From positions 1 through 38,393 of the IMG/VR virus record IMGVR_UViG_3300045988_107305: a stretch of 38,393 nt of DNA; one strand, given 5' to 3'. The notes below the pieces were generated by a model that worked only from the letters and a program-made list of their open reading frames with translations, was not told where the DNA came from and did no database searches. Numbering within the stretch: the first letter of the stretch is position 1; each line of letters starts with the position of its first letter. Below are positions 1-6,008 of this stretch, piece by piece. The DNA is from a virus. The position numbers and the translations under genes are program-made.

Positions 1-297
1 GTAATTGCCTGAGCTACCAATTTTGGCGGAATCGCCTGAGCTACCAATTTGGGCGTAATAGCCTGAGCTACCAATTTTGGCGGAATCGCCTGAGCTACCA
101 ATTTTGGCGGAATCGCCTGAGCTACCAATTTGGGCGGAATCGCCTGAGCTACCAATTTGGGCGGAATCGCCTGAGCTACCAATTTTGGCGGAATCTTTTT
201 CTTTGTTTTTTGTTTTATCTGTTATTTTTTTAATATTATTAACAAACTCAATAGCATTATTTGCTAAACTCAAAACTTCATTAAATTCATCAAACAT
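1..297 (-). CDS. N-terminal part of junction-spanning tandem-repeat protein (ATG at 297..295; reading frame runs through position 1 and continues in 37604..38393)
   Basis: RBS GAGGT 5 nt upstream of ATG; translation MFDEFNEVLSLANNAIEFVNNIKKITDKTKNKEKDSAK then 9-aa repeats (IGSSGDSAQ/K); same frame (codons ending at coordinate multiples of 3) is regenerated when end 38360..38393 is overlapped on 1..34. Confidence 0.6.
   Translation of the reverse strand, partial: MFDEFNEVLSLANNAIEFVNNIKKITDKTKNKEKDSAKIGSSGDSAQIGSSGDSAQIGSSGDSAKIGSSGDSAKIGSSGYYAQIGSSGDSAKIGSSGNY
2..190. repeat. 27-bp in-frame tandem repeat, 7 full copies (unit gaatcgcctgagctaccaattttggcg with variants taattgcc/taatagcc and tttgggcg)
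   Basis: direct reading of sequence; the same unit family recurs at 38226..38393. Confidence 0.9.
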
Positions 298-304
298 TTT
301 AACC

Positions 305-787
305 TCACTTAACTTGTAAATTTTCAACTTCTTTAATCTGGCAACCGTCAATAACTTCGCCTTGTTTGATTGCCATTTTATCAATCTTTTGCGTAACAAC
401 CTTTTCAATAAAGCGGTCATCTTTAAATTCGTCCTCATTAACAATCAGCTGACTTGACTTCCTTGTGCTTACCATAAATGTTCCAGCAATTACCTTGTCT
501 TTACCGGTGTTTTTCAAGGCAAATAGGATAGTGCTGTTAATTCTTTCAACTTCCTTTTCTGCCACCTTTTGACGGACGGCAATACGGTCTTTTTCAGCCT
601 TTATCGCCTCTGCCTTTGCCATCAGGTTAACTCTAACTTTGCATAATTTCTCCAAGTCTGCGCCCAAAATTTCAGCCATATATTCAGCTAATTGTTTTTC
701 TGCGACCTCATCAACTTCGCCAGTTTCTGCGTCATAGCAGTATTCAAACATAGCCTGTAAGACTTGTACATCGTCATAAACACTCAT
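305..787 (-). CDS. hypothetical coiled-coil protein (possibly Gp157-like partner of ERF recombinases)
   Basis: 160-aa ORF, stop immediately precedes RBS of next gene; charged helical composition; position next to ERF. Confidence 0.4.
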   Translation of the reverse strand: MSVYDDVQVLQAMFEYCYDAETGEVDEVAEKQLAEYMAEILGADLEKLCKVRVNLMAKAEAIKAEKDRIAVRQKVAEKEVERINSTILFALKNTGKDKVIAGTFMVSTRKSSQLIVNEDEFKDDRFIEKVVTQKIDKMAIKQGEVIDGCQIKEVENLQVK

Positions 788-1392
788 TATCTTTTCTCCG
801 TTATTTCAACTTTGCAATCAGGGTTTTCAATCTTCAATTTTACCGCTGAACTTAAATTTCGCAGTTTTTTGAACTCTTCCGATTCTTTGTTAAATTTTGC
901 GCTCCACTTGTAATAAAGCGCACCCAACGCCTTTACGCTCTTGGCTGATGTAATAGCGTCTATGAAGTCGTCCAGCGTTTCCATTTCGTCAAAGCTCTTT
1001 GCCTTACCACTAGCAAGATTGCCGTCATCGTCTTCTGTTTCAATGTTCAGCAAAGGCAACAAACTATAACGGCGTGCATACGTAACAGCTGAACCGAGTT
1101 GTTGCATATCTGCCTTAACGGTCAACAAATCCATATCTGATTCTAGCTTGTCGCCTGTTTCAATATGTACTAATTCGGTGTGTAAATAGTTATGCTGTAC
1201 GGTTTGAATTAAAATAAAACCATTCTCACGAATTTTAGTTTTAACTTCTGCAAAGATAGAGTTCAAATCTGCATACTTTGACTTAAAATAAGGGTTGTCC
1301 TCTTTTTTAACAACCGTGTTAATGTTATCCTGCAATGTAGCAAGGGCTTGTAAAAAATCTTTATTCATCTTTTTTCCTTTCAAAACAAACAA
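787..1392 (-). CDS. erf: ERF-family single-strand annealing protein (recombinase)
   Basis: NPYFKSKYADLNSI and TYARRYSLLPLLNIETEDDD motifs align with P22 Erf (NSFGKYKYRSCEDIL / SSYARKYCLNGLFGIDD). Confidence 0.8.
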   Translation of the reverse strand: MFVLKGKKMNKDFLQALATLQDNINTVVKKEDNPYFKSKYADLNSIFAEVKTKIRENGFILIQTVQHNYLHTELVHIETGDKLESDMDLLTVKADMQQLGSAVTYARRYSLLPLLNIETEDDDGNLASGKAKSFDEMETLDDFIDAITSAKSVKALGALYYKWSAKFNKESEEFKKLRNLSSAVKLKIENPDCKVEITEKR

Positions 1393-1453
1393 AGGGGCAT
1401 TGTTAATAAAATTTGAGTCGTTTTGTTTGGTAGAACCGCCCCTTTGTTAACCT

Positions 1454-1482
1454 TAATATACTACTATTTTTTTATTTGTCAA
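1454..1482 (-). promoter_or_regulatory. sigma70-type promoter copy 1 (TTGACA 1482..1477, 17-nt spacer, ATATTA 1459..1454) upstream of erf; followed by 9-bp inverted repeat CAAAGGGGC/GCCCCTTTG (1391..1399 / 1438..1446) in the 5' UTR
   Basis: read on minus strand; core shared with copies at 34158..34186 and 36377..36405. Confidence 0.5.
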
Positions 1483-1501
1483 CAATTATTTTATAAAATA
1501 T

Positions 1502-2002
1502 CTAATTTATTTTTATCCATTTTTGCTTTTTCTCTGGAATGTACTCAATAGTGATTTCGCCTGTTTGGTAATTCATTCTTTTAATCGGTATCAATGGCGA
1601 ACCGCCCTGTAAATACTCGGCAACCGCTAATCGGCTCTCTTGCCGGCAAGAATACATAACCGTTGTATGGTCAAAATGGAGAGCCCGCCCAATCTGAACA
1701 TAGCTTAAATCGGTCGTATCCTTTAATTGTTGACAAACCCACTTCCTTGCAAGCGCAAACTCTTTTAATCGGCAGTCAGAATAAAAGTCTTTGACATTTA
1801 TCTTGAAAATCCAGCACGCCTTTTTAACAAGCTCTTTAATCACTGGAATACGGCACGTCTCAAAATAGGTGTACTTTGGCTTGCAGTACCTTTTAACATA
1901 ATGCTTTCGGCATTCCTTGCAAGTACCGTAGTATCCGCCTGTTTTGTTGTTCTTAAAAAAGTGGTCTTCACTCAATTCTCTTTGGCAAGTTGTGCATAAC
2001 AT
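1502..2002 (-). CDS. DnaA C-terminal (domain IV)-like HTH protein with N-terminal Cys-rich zinc-finger region
   Basis: CTTCQ...CKEC cysteines; LKEFALARKWVCQQLKDTTDLSYVQIGRALHFDHTTVMYSCRQ matches DnaA domain IV signature (MYLar...S...IG..fggRDHTTV.ha). Confidence 0.55.
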   Translation of the reverse strand: MLCTTCQRELSEDHFFKNNKTGGYYGTCKECRKHYVKRYCKPKYTYFETCRIPVIKELVKKACWIFKINVKDFYSDCRLKEFALARKWVCQQLKDTTDLSYVQIGRALHFDHTTVMYSCRQESRLAVAEYLQGGSPLIPIKRMNYQTGEITIEYIPEKKQKWIKIN

Positions 2003-2006
2003 ACTC

Positions 2007-2288
2007 TTAATCCTTAATCTTTGCCTTAAAATTCGGCTCGTCTAAAAAACGCAAAGCAATTAAAAGCTCCGCAGGGGTTATTCTAGCTTGGTGGTATAAT
2101 ATTGTTGTGTGGTCTCTATTAACAACTCTAGCAATTCCAGCAAGTGGGTATTTCATTGCTCTAGCCGCTGCAATAAACATACGAATAAACGTGCTGCGAC
2201 TCGGTCTGTATCGGTCATCTTTGAAAATTTCAAACGCCTTGCAATACCTTTGCCAAAGGTCTTCTATTCCTTTATCGTCATATCTCAT
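2007..2288 (-). CDS. second DnaA domain IV-like HTH protein (93 aa)
   Basis: IRMFIAAARAMKYPLAGIARVVNRDHTTILYHQARI matches DnaA C-terminal DNA-binding signature. Confidence 0.55.
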   Translation of the reverse strand: MRYDDKGIEDLWQRYCKAFEIFKDDRYRPSRSTFIRMFIAAARAMKYPLAGIARVVNRDHTTILYHQARITPAELLIALRFLDEPNFKAKIKD

Positions 2289-2291
2289 CGC

Positions 2292-2801
2292 TCAAACTCC
2301 AAACTTCTTAATCAAATCAGCCTGTATTTTTTTCTTGGTAAGCTCTGTAAGCTCATAATCCTTTTTTCTTTGCTCTTCAAAAGACACAAAATCCGCCTGC
2401 CCACCATCAGGCAAAGGCGGTTTTGGGTCGTCCTTTTCTTTTTCTTTTTCTTTTATATTATTTATACTTATATTATTCTCTTTAAAATCTTTTTTAATCG
2501 TCGGTTCAAAATTTTTTAAATCGTCGGTTAAAATATTTTTTAATCGTATTTTGCGCTCAATAATTTCACAACCTCGCTTGGTGTAATTTATTTCAATGTA
2601 ATTTTTGTCGCATAATTTTCTTAATTTTGTGGATATTGAAACTTCCGTACAATCAAACATATCGGCAAAGTATTTATTACCTGCGTAACAATATCCTAGT
2701 TTTGCACATAAATTCGAGATTAACAAAAGAAGCTGGATTTCGTTTTTTATATCCTTGTCTAAAATCCATTCTTTGTAACAGATTGCATAACCATTGTTCA
2801 T
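2292..2801 (-). CDS. putative replication initiation / replisome-organizer-like protein (winged-helix N-terminus, K/E-rich C-terminus)
   Basis: AAGGAG RBS; genomic context between RusA and DnaA-like genes; weak motif resemblance only. Confidence 0.35.
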   Translation of the reverse strand: MNNGYAICYKEWILDKDIKNEIQLLLLISNLCAKLGYCYAGNKYFADMFDCTEVSISTKLRKLCDKNYIEINYTKRGCEIIERKIRLKNILTDDLKNFEPTIKKDFKENNISINNIKEKEKEKDDPKPPLPDGGQADFVSFEEQRKKDYELTELTKKKIQADLIKKFGV

Positions 2802-2828
2802 ATTGCCTACTTGCTCCTTAAAAAAGGT

Positions 2829-2904
2829 GGGACTTTATAAAATAAAAAATTGCAAGCAGGACTTAATAAAGTCCCATTATTTATAATATTTGTCCCCTGC
2901 TTGC
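2829..2904. promoter_or_regulatory. interleaved inverted repeats upstream of replication gene: GGGACTTTAT(2829..2838)/ATAAAGTCCC(2866..2875) and GCAAGCAGG(2852..2860)/CCTGCTTGC(2896..2904), plus inner hairpin GGACTT-aata-AAGTCC
   Basis: perfect 9-10 bp arms read directly; located 28-105 nt upstream of ATG at 2801. Confidence 0.5.
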
Positions 2905-2940
2905 ACCTATTATAATACTCTATCTTTTGCAAAAGTCAAC

Positions 2941-2967
2941 AAAAAAAAAGCCCGATTTCTCGGACTT
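2941..2967 (-). terminator. rho-independent terminator on minus strand (AAGTCCGA-GAAA-TCGGGCTT followed by T9)
   Basis: 8-bp stem with one G.U, GNRA tetraloop, 9 U run; downstream of rusA and iterons. Confidence 0.65.
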
Positions 2968-3090
2968 CTTAACAATTATCTGAAAGGAAAAAAACATTGA
3001 TTATAAATATACTCAAGTCTTTTTTACGCTCTCATTATAACACACTTTAAGCCTTTGTCAAGCTCTTTTTAACTTGATACATAGCTTGAC

Positions 3091-3126
3091 GCTAGTGATT
3101 AAGCTAGTGAACAAGCTAGTGATTAA
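3091..3126. repeat. three tandem 12-bp iteron-like direct repeats (gctagtgattaa / gctagtgaacaa / gctagtgattaa)
   Basis: direct reading; immediately 3' of rusA stop, in rusA-to-replication-gene intergenic region. Confidence 0.6.
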
Positions 3127-3132
3127 GTTAGC

Positions 3133-3543
3133 CTATTCAACGCTGATTTCAACCCGTGGATTGTCTTTATCAACAGAATATCCGTCAAATACTGGTATTA
3201 AATGGTCAGCGTCATCATCTGGCAACCACTCCGCCATTTGCATACAATCGAACAAATTTTGCGATAAATTTACATAGTCAAACCGTCTTTTAGTCTTTCG
3301 GTAAATAAAAAGATGTACTTTTAAGGGGTATTTTTTGCCCGTGGTTAAGCGTTCCCACTCTTTGCGGTAAATATTGAGCAAAAAGCATAAATCACGCTCA
3401 TTCTGCTTTGAAGCGTTAGATTTAGCAATAATTGTCCGCCCGCTCTTTGTCCTGAATATCTGCCGGCTGTTTTTTGAGCTGTAAAGCTCTATCGGTAAAA
3501 CTATTTTTTCCATTTTAACCACCTTAAAAACAAAAAAAGTCAA
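3133..3543 (-). CDS. rusA: RusA-family Holliday junction resolvase (likely true start at internal MEKIV...)
   Basis: VLPIELYSSKNSRQ / KVHLFIYRKTKRRFDYVNLSQNLFDCMQMAEWLPDDDADHL align with E. coli RusA LPWPPSNNRYY / [39 protein letters not shown]. Confidence 0.75.
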   Translation of the reverse strand: MTFFVFKVVKMEKIVLPIELYSSKNSRQIFRTKSGRTIIAKSNASKQNERDLCFLLNIYRKEWERLTTGKKYPLKVHLFIYRKTKRRFDYVNLSQNLFDCMQMAEWLPDDDADHLIPVFDGYSVDKDNPRVEISVE

Positions 3544-4006
3544 GACGCCAACGGGAACATCTTGACTTCCGATAAATATTGTTATATATCTATCTTTAGA
3601 AAGTAACTATTGTCATTATAAGTTAATACAGCGGGGTTGTCAAGCACAATCTTAAAATGAGTGAAAAAGCAGTAGCTCTTCTTATTACCAGTTACTTTAC
3701 CGCAAGTATTCCGAGCCTTTTTAGGCAAACGATATTAGCTTCTTGCATGGCTTTTATCGTTAAGTGGGTAAATTCCCGACCGTCATTGATTTAATCAAAT
3801 ACAAGCGCTGAATACAGTACAGGATGACCGGCTGTTTTCTTTTATGAATAAGCGTTACGCAAGGTTTCCACGATGGGCGACTCGTCTCAATTGTGATATT
3901 AAAAACAGTATTTTCTTGTCTGGGAATACTGTATCTACTCCGGTACAATCTGAACTCATTGTGATATATCAAATCATTAAATATTTTAGCTTGAGTTAAT
4001 AAAAAA

Positions 4007-4152
4007 AAGCTGTGGATAACTTCTTAAAAAAGTGCTTTCAAAATGTTCTTTGTTTGCTTTTTTTTACTCATAGCTAACAACAAAATCATTCCCCTTGCCG
4101 AGCTTTTAGGAACTCTCAACAAACATATAACTTGCGACTTTATCCACAAGCT
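4007..4152. promoter_or_regulatory. two perfect DnaA boxes in inverted orientation (TGTGGATAA 4011..4019; TTATCCACA 4140..4148) within extended inverted repeat AGCTGTGGATAA / TTATCCACAAGCT
   Basis: exact match to bacterial DnaA box consensus TTATCCACA on both strands, about 120 bp apart, in a 770-bp non-coding stretch. Confidence 0.5.
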
Positions 4153-4164
4153 AGCAAATAATAC

Positions 4165-4193
4165 TTGACTTTATAGCTGGAGCTTGTTAGTAT
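4165..4193 (+). promoter_or_regulatory. candidate sigma70 promoter for plus-strand cassette (TTGACT 4165..4170, 17-nt spacer, TAGTAT 4188..4193); DnaA box abuts -35
   Basis: hexamer match and spacing read directly. Confidence 0.4.
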
Positions 4194-4257
4194 TAGCTTG
4201 CTTTTCAAGTAAAAAGATAGTTCCTATTATTAATTATTTTTGGGTTCACAACGTTAA

Positions 4258-4281
4258 GCAGAGTTTCGGCTCTGCTTTTTT
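4258..4281 (+). terminator. rho-independent terminator hairpin GCAGAG-tttcgg-CTCTGC + T6, 33 nt upstream of moron ATG
   Basis: perfect 6-8 bp stem, U-run. Confidence 0.7.
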
Positions 4282-4314
4282 AGATAGTCAGATATTAAGT
4301 TAAGGAGAAAAGAA

Positions 4315-4692
4315 ATGTATGTTAAGATACAAAAAGATTTAACAGATAATTATTTAATTGTCGAAGGTAAAAATGTAGAATTTTCAACAGAAAAATTTCC
4401 AGTAGATTTCAAAGATTATTTTGAGAAATATGTTCCGTGTTATTTGAAATACAATGAGAGTGATAATTGTTCTAATAATTTAAGTCATCTTCAATTGTAT
4501 TTATTCTATAGTTATGATTGGCAAAATACTCATCCCGTTACTGTTTATGATGAACATTTAGAAATGTCTGAAATGGATGCTGCAGATAATCAACTGTTGA
4601 TTTCTGGTGTAATCGTTGACGGAGTGAGATATTTTACTTGCGGTCGCATTTATATTATGAACGACAGCGGTAAGACTATACAATCAATCTAG
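4315..4692 (+). CDS. hypothetical protein (125 aa), only convincing plus-strand gene; moron-like
   Basis: AAGGAG RBS 7 nt upstream of ATG; flanked by near-identical terminators; no recognisable domain, no TM/signal. Confidence 0.7.
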   Translation: MYVKIQKDLTDNYLIVEGKNVEFSTEKFPVDFKDYFEKYVPCYLKYNESDNCSNNLSHLQLYLFYSYDWQNTHPVTVYDEHLEMSEMDAADNQLLISGVIVDGVRYFTCGRIYIMNDSGKTIQSI

Positions 4693-4725
4693 TATAAAAC
4701 TATATATGTTTTTTAGCAGGGCTTC

Positions 4726-4750
4726 GGCTCTGCTTTTTTTATAAATTCTT
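4726..4750 (+). terminator. rho-independent terminator GCAGGGC-ttcg-GCTCTGC + T7 (near-duplicate of 4258..4281)
   Basis: stem-loop plus U7 read directly. Confidence 0.7.
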
Positions 4751-4898
4751 GTCAATTTTTTTAGTTACCGATAAAAGCTAAAATACTCTAAAATGTGGAA
4801 AAATCACATTTAAAGCGGGTTTCCGGTATAAAATAGCCTCATCTGAAAGAGCCCTTTATTTTAATTTTCAGCAACTTTTAAGTTTTTCTTAATAGTTC

Positions 4899-4926
4899 AA
4901 AAAAAGCGAGGTTTTTAAGCCCCGCC
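4899..4926 (-). terminator. minus-strand terminator-like hairpin (GCGGGG/CCTCGC, T7), repeat module copy 1
   Basis: imperfect stem with G.U, 7-U run on minus strand. Confidence 0.4.
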
Positions 4927-4995
4927 TGCCGCACTATTTTTCATATGGAATAGCCTCGATAACAAAACTTTACCACAAATTAACCGATTGTCAAG

Positions 4996-5028
4996 AAAAA
5001 AAGCGAGGTACTGTTAAACCCCGCTTTT
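4996..5028 (-). terminator. minus-strand terminator-like hairpin (AGCGGGG/CCTCGCT, T7), repeat module copy 2
   Basis: as above. Confidence 0.45.
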
Positions 5029-5092
5029 CACGACTAAGCATAATCTATTATGCAAATGCAAAGTTAATATAACAAGATTAAAGTTAATTGTC

Positions 5093-5129
5093 AACAAAAA
5101 AATAAGGCAAGGTTTTTTATTCCTTGCCT
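5093..5129 (-). terminator. minus-strand rho-independent terminator (AGGCAAGG-aataaaaaa-CCTTGCCT + TATTTTTTT) ending the late operon
   Basis: perfect 8-bp stem, U-run. Confidence 0.65.
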
Positions 5130-5328
5130 CGCCCACTATTCCAGTGAAGTAGCTTTCAGTAATATCAATCTAGCATAAATTAACCGATTGTCAAGTAATA
5201 TTACAAAAATTAAAATATAACATTATTTGCAACTTTTTTCATAAATTGTAACATTCTTTGGCCGTAAAAATTTATAATCAATACTAAGTTATTGATTTTA
5301 TTATATAAATATATGGCCGCAAAATTTT

Positions 5329-5595
5329 CTATCTCTCGGCAATTTTTCCAACATAGGAAATTTGGTGTTGCCGGATTTTGTCCGCAATACCTTTATTCAT
5401 CACGCAACGCATTCTATGCTCGGGGAACATCTCTTTTAGTTCGTGGTAAAACTCTATTAAGTCGGCAGACTTTGGCGCATTTACAACGGTCAGGCACTTG
5501 CTTGGAATAACTGCGCCCCACGCTCCGTCCACTCGCATAAGGTAAATATCCTTTATCATTTTACCCCCTTTCAACTGTTCGGAAAAACCGAACAA
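5329..5595 (-). CDS. hypothetical protein (probable start at internal MIKDIY..., GGGGG RBS)
   Basis: ORF with RBS; last gene of late operon. Confidence 0.45.
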   Translation of the reverse strand: MFGFSEQLKGGKMIKDIYLMRVDGAWGAVIPSKCLTVVNAPKSADLIEFYHELKEMFPEHRMRCVMNKGIADKIRQHQISYVGKIAER

Positions 5596-5608
5596 CTGTC
5601 AAGTTTAA

Positions 5609-5854
5609 CTATTGATATTGCGCCTCGTCCAGCTCAATCAGGCAAGATAACGCATCGCCATAGGTTACCACTTTATACCGGCAGCTATTTATTATCTTTG
5701 CCGGCGGTGTCGGTGTTACTTCTTGACTTGCGCAATTTGTTAAGCAGAGCAGGACTAATACGCTGGCTATAACATACATCGCCACTTTCAAGAGCGGTTT
5801 CCTTGAGTTCGGCGATTTGCTTGCTGGCGTCCAGTATCTTCTGATTGTAGGCAT
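5609..5854 (-). CDS. candidate o-spanin (outer-membrane lipoprotein) partly overlapping i-spanin gene in another frame; likely start at MYVIASVLVLLCLTNC
   Basis: signal-peptide-like hydrophobic stretch ending in Cys (lipobox-like LTNC/VLLC), Pro-rich, overlapped Rz/Rz1-like architecture. Confidence 0.45.
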   Translation of the reverse strand: MPTIRRYWTPASKSPNSRKPLLKVAMYVIASVLVLLCLTNCASQEVTPTPPAKIINSCRYKVVTYGDALSCLIELDEAQYQ

Positions 5855-6008
5855 TGATTATTCTCCCGTTTGTTTCCACTTGCATTTTTAGGGCTGTTTT
5901 TTCGCCTTGTAGGGCGATTATTTCATTTAAGGCATTATCTAACCTGTAATTTGAAATAATCACCCACAAAGTTAAAAAAGCAATACAAATAAACAGAGCT
6001 TTAGCCAA
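5685..6008 (-). CDS. candidate i-spanin (N-terminal TM, coiled-coil periplasmic domain)
   Basis: ALFICIAFLTLWVIISN TM then helical Q/E/K-rich region; downstream of lysis genes. Confidence 0.5.
   Translation of the reverse strand: MAKALFICIAFLTLWVIISNYRLDNALNEIIALQGEKTALKMQVETNGRIINAYNQKILDASKQIAELKETALESGDVCYSQRISPALLNKLRKSRSNTDTAGKDNK

Noticed and set aside
1-190. Repeat arrays at both window ends as a CRISPR array or as packaged direct terminal repeats
   Set aside because: Units are contiguous with no spacers and are translated in frame within a gene, so this is not CRISPR. The two arrays are similar but not identical over their length, so they are not an exact DTR. The 34-nt terminal identity plus frame continuity fits an assembly overlap of a circular contig better.
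77-319. Plus-strand ORF MAESPELPILAESPELPIW… with hydrophobic tail
   Set aside because: It is an alternative-frame reading of the 27-bp repeats. The minus strand has a proper RBS+ATG (297) and a frame continuous with the C-terminal domain at 37604..38220. The plus ORF has no RBS and opposes the universal gene orientation.
2107-2519. Plus-strand ORFs 2107..2358 and 2109..2519
   Set aside because: They are antisense overlaps of well-supported minus-strand genes (DnaA-like genes) with low-complexity, stop-avoiding AT-rich translation, no RBS.
3074-3277. Plus-strand ORF across the iterons and rusA 3' end
   Set aside because: It overlaps rusA antisense and the iteron repeats; no RBS.
3760-3972. 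70-aa minus-strand ORF in the non-coding island
   Set aside because: No RBS, arbitrary composition, lies in a region full of regulatory-type repeats; treated as non-coding.
3545-5300. tRNA or tmRNA genes in the non-coding island
   Set aside because: No cloverleaf-compatible segments or T-loop GTTCRANYC-type motifs spotted by eye; cannot exclude without tRNAscan-type search.
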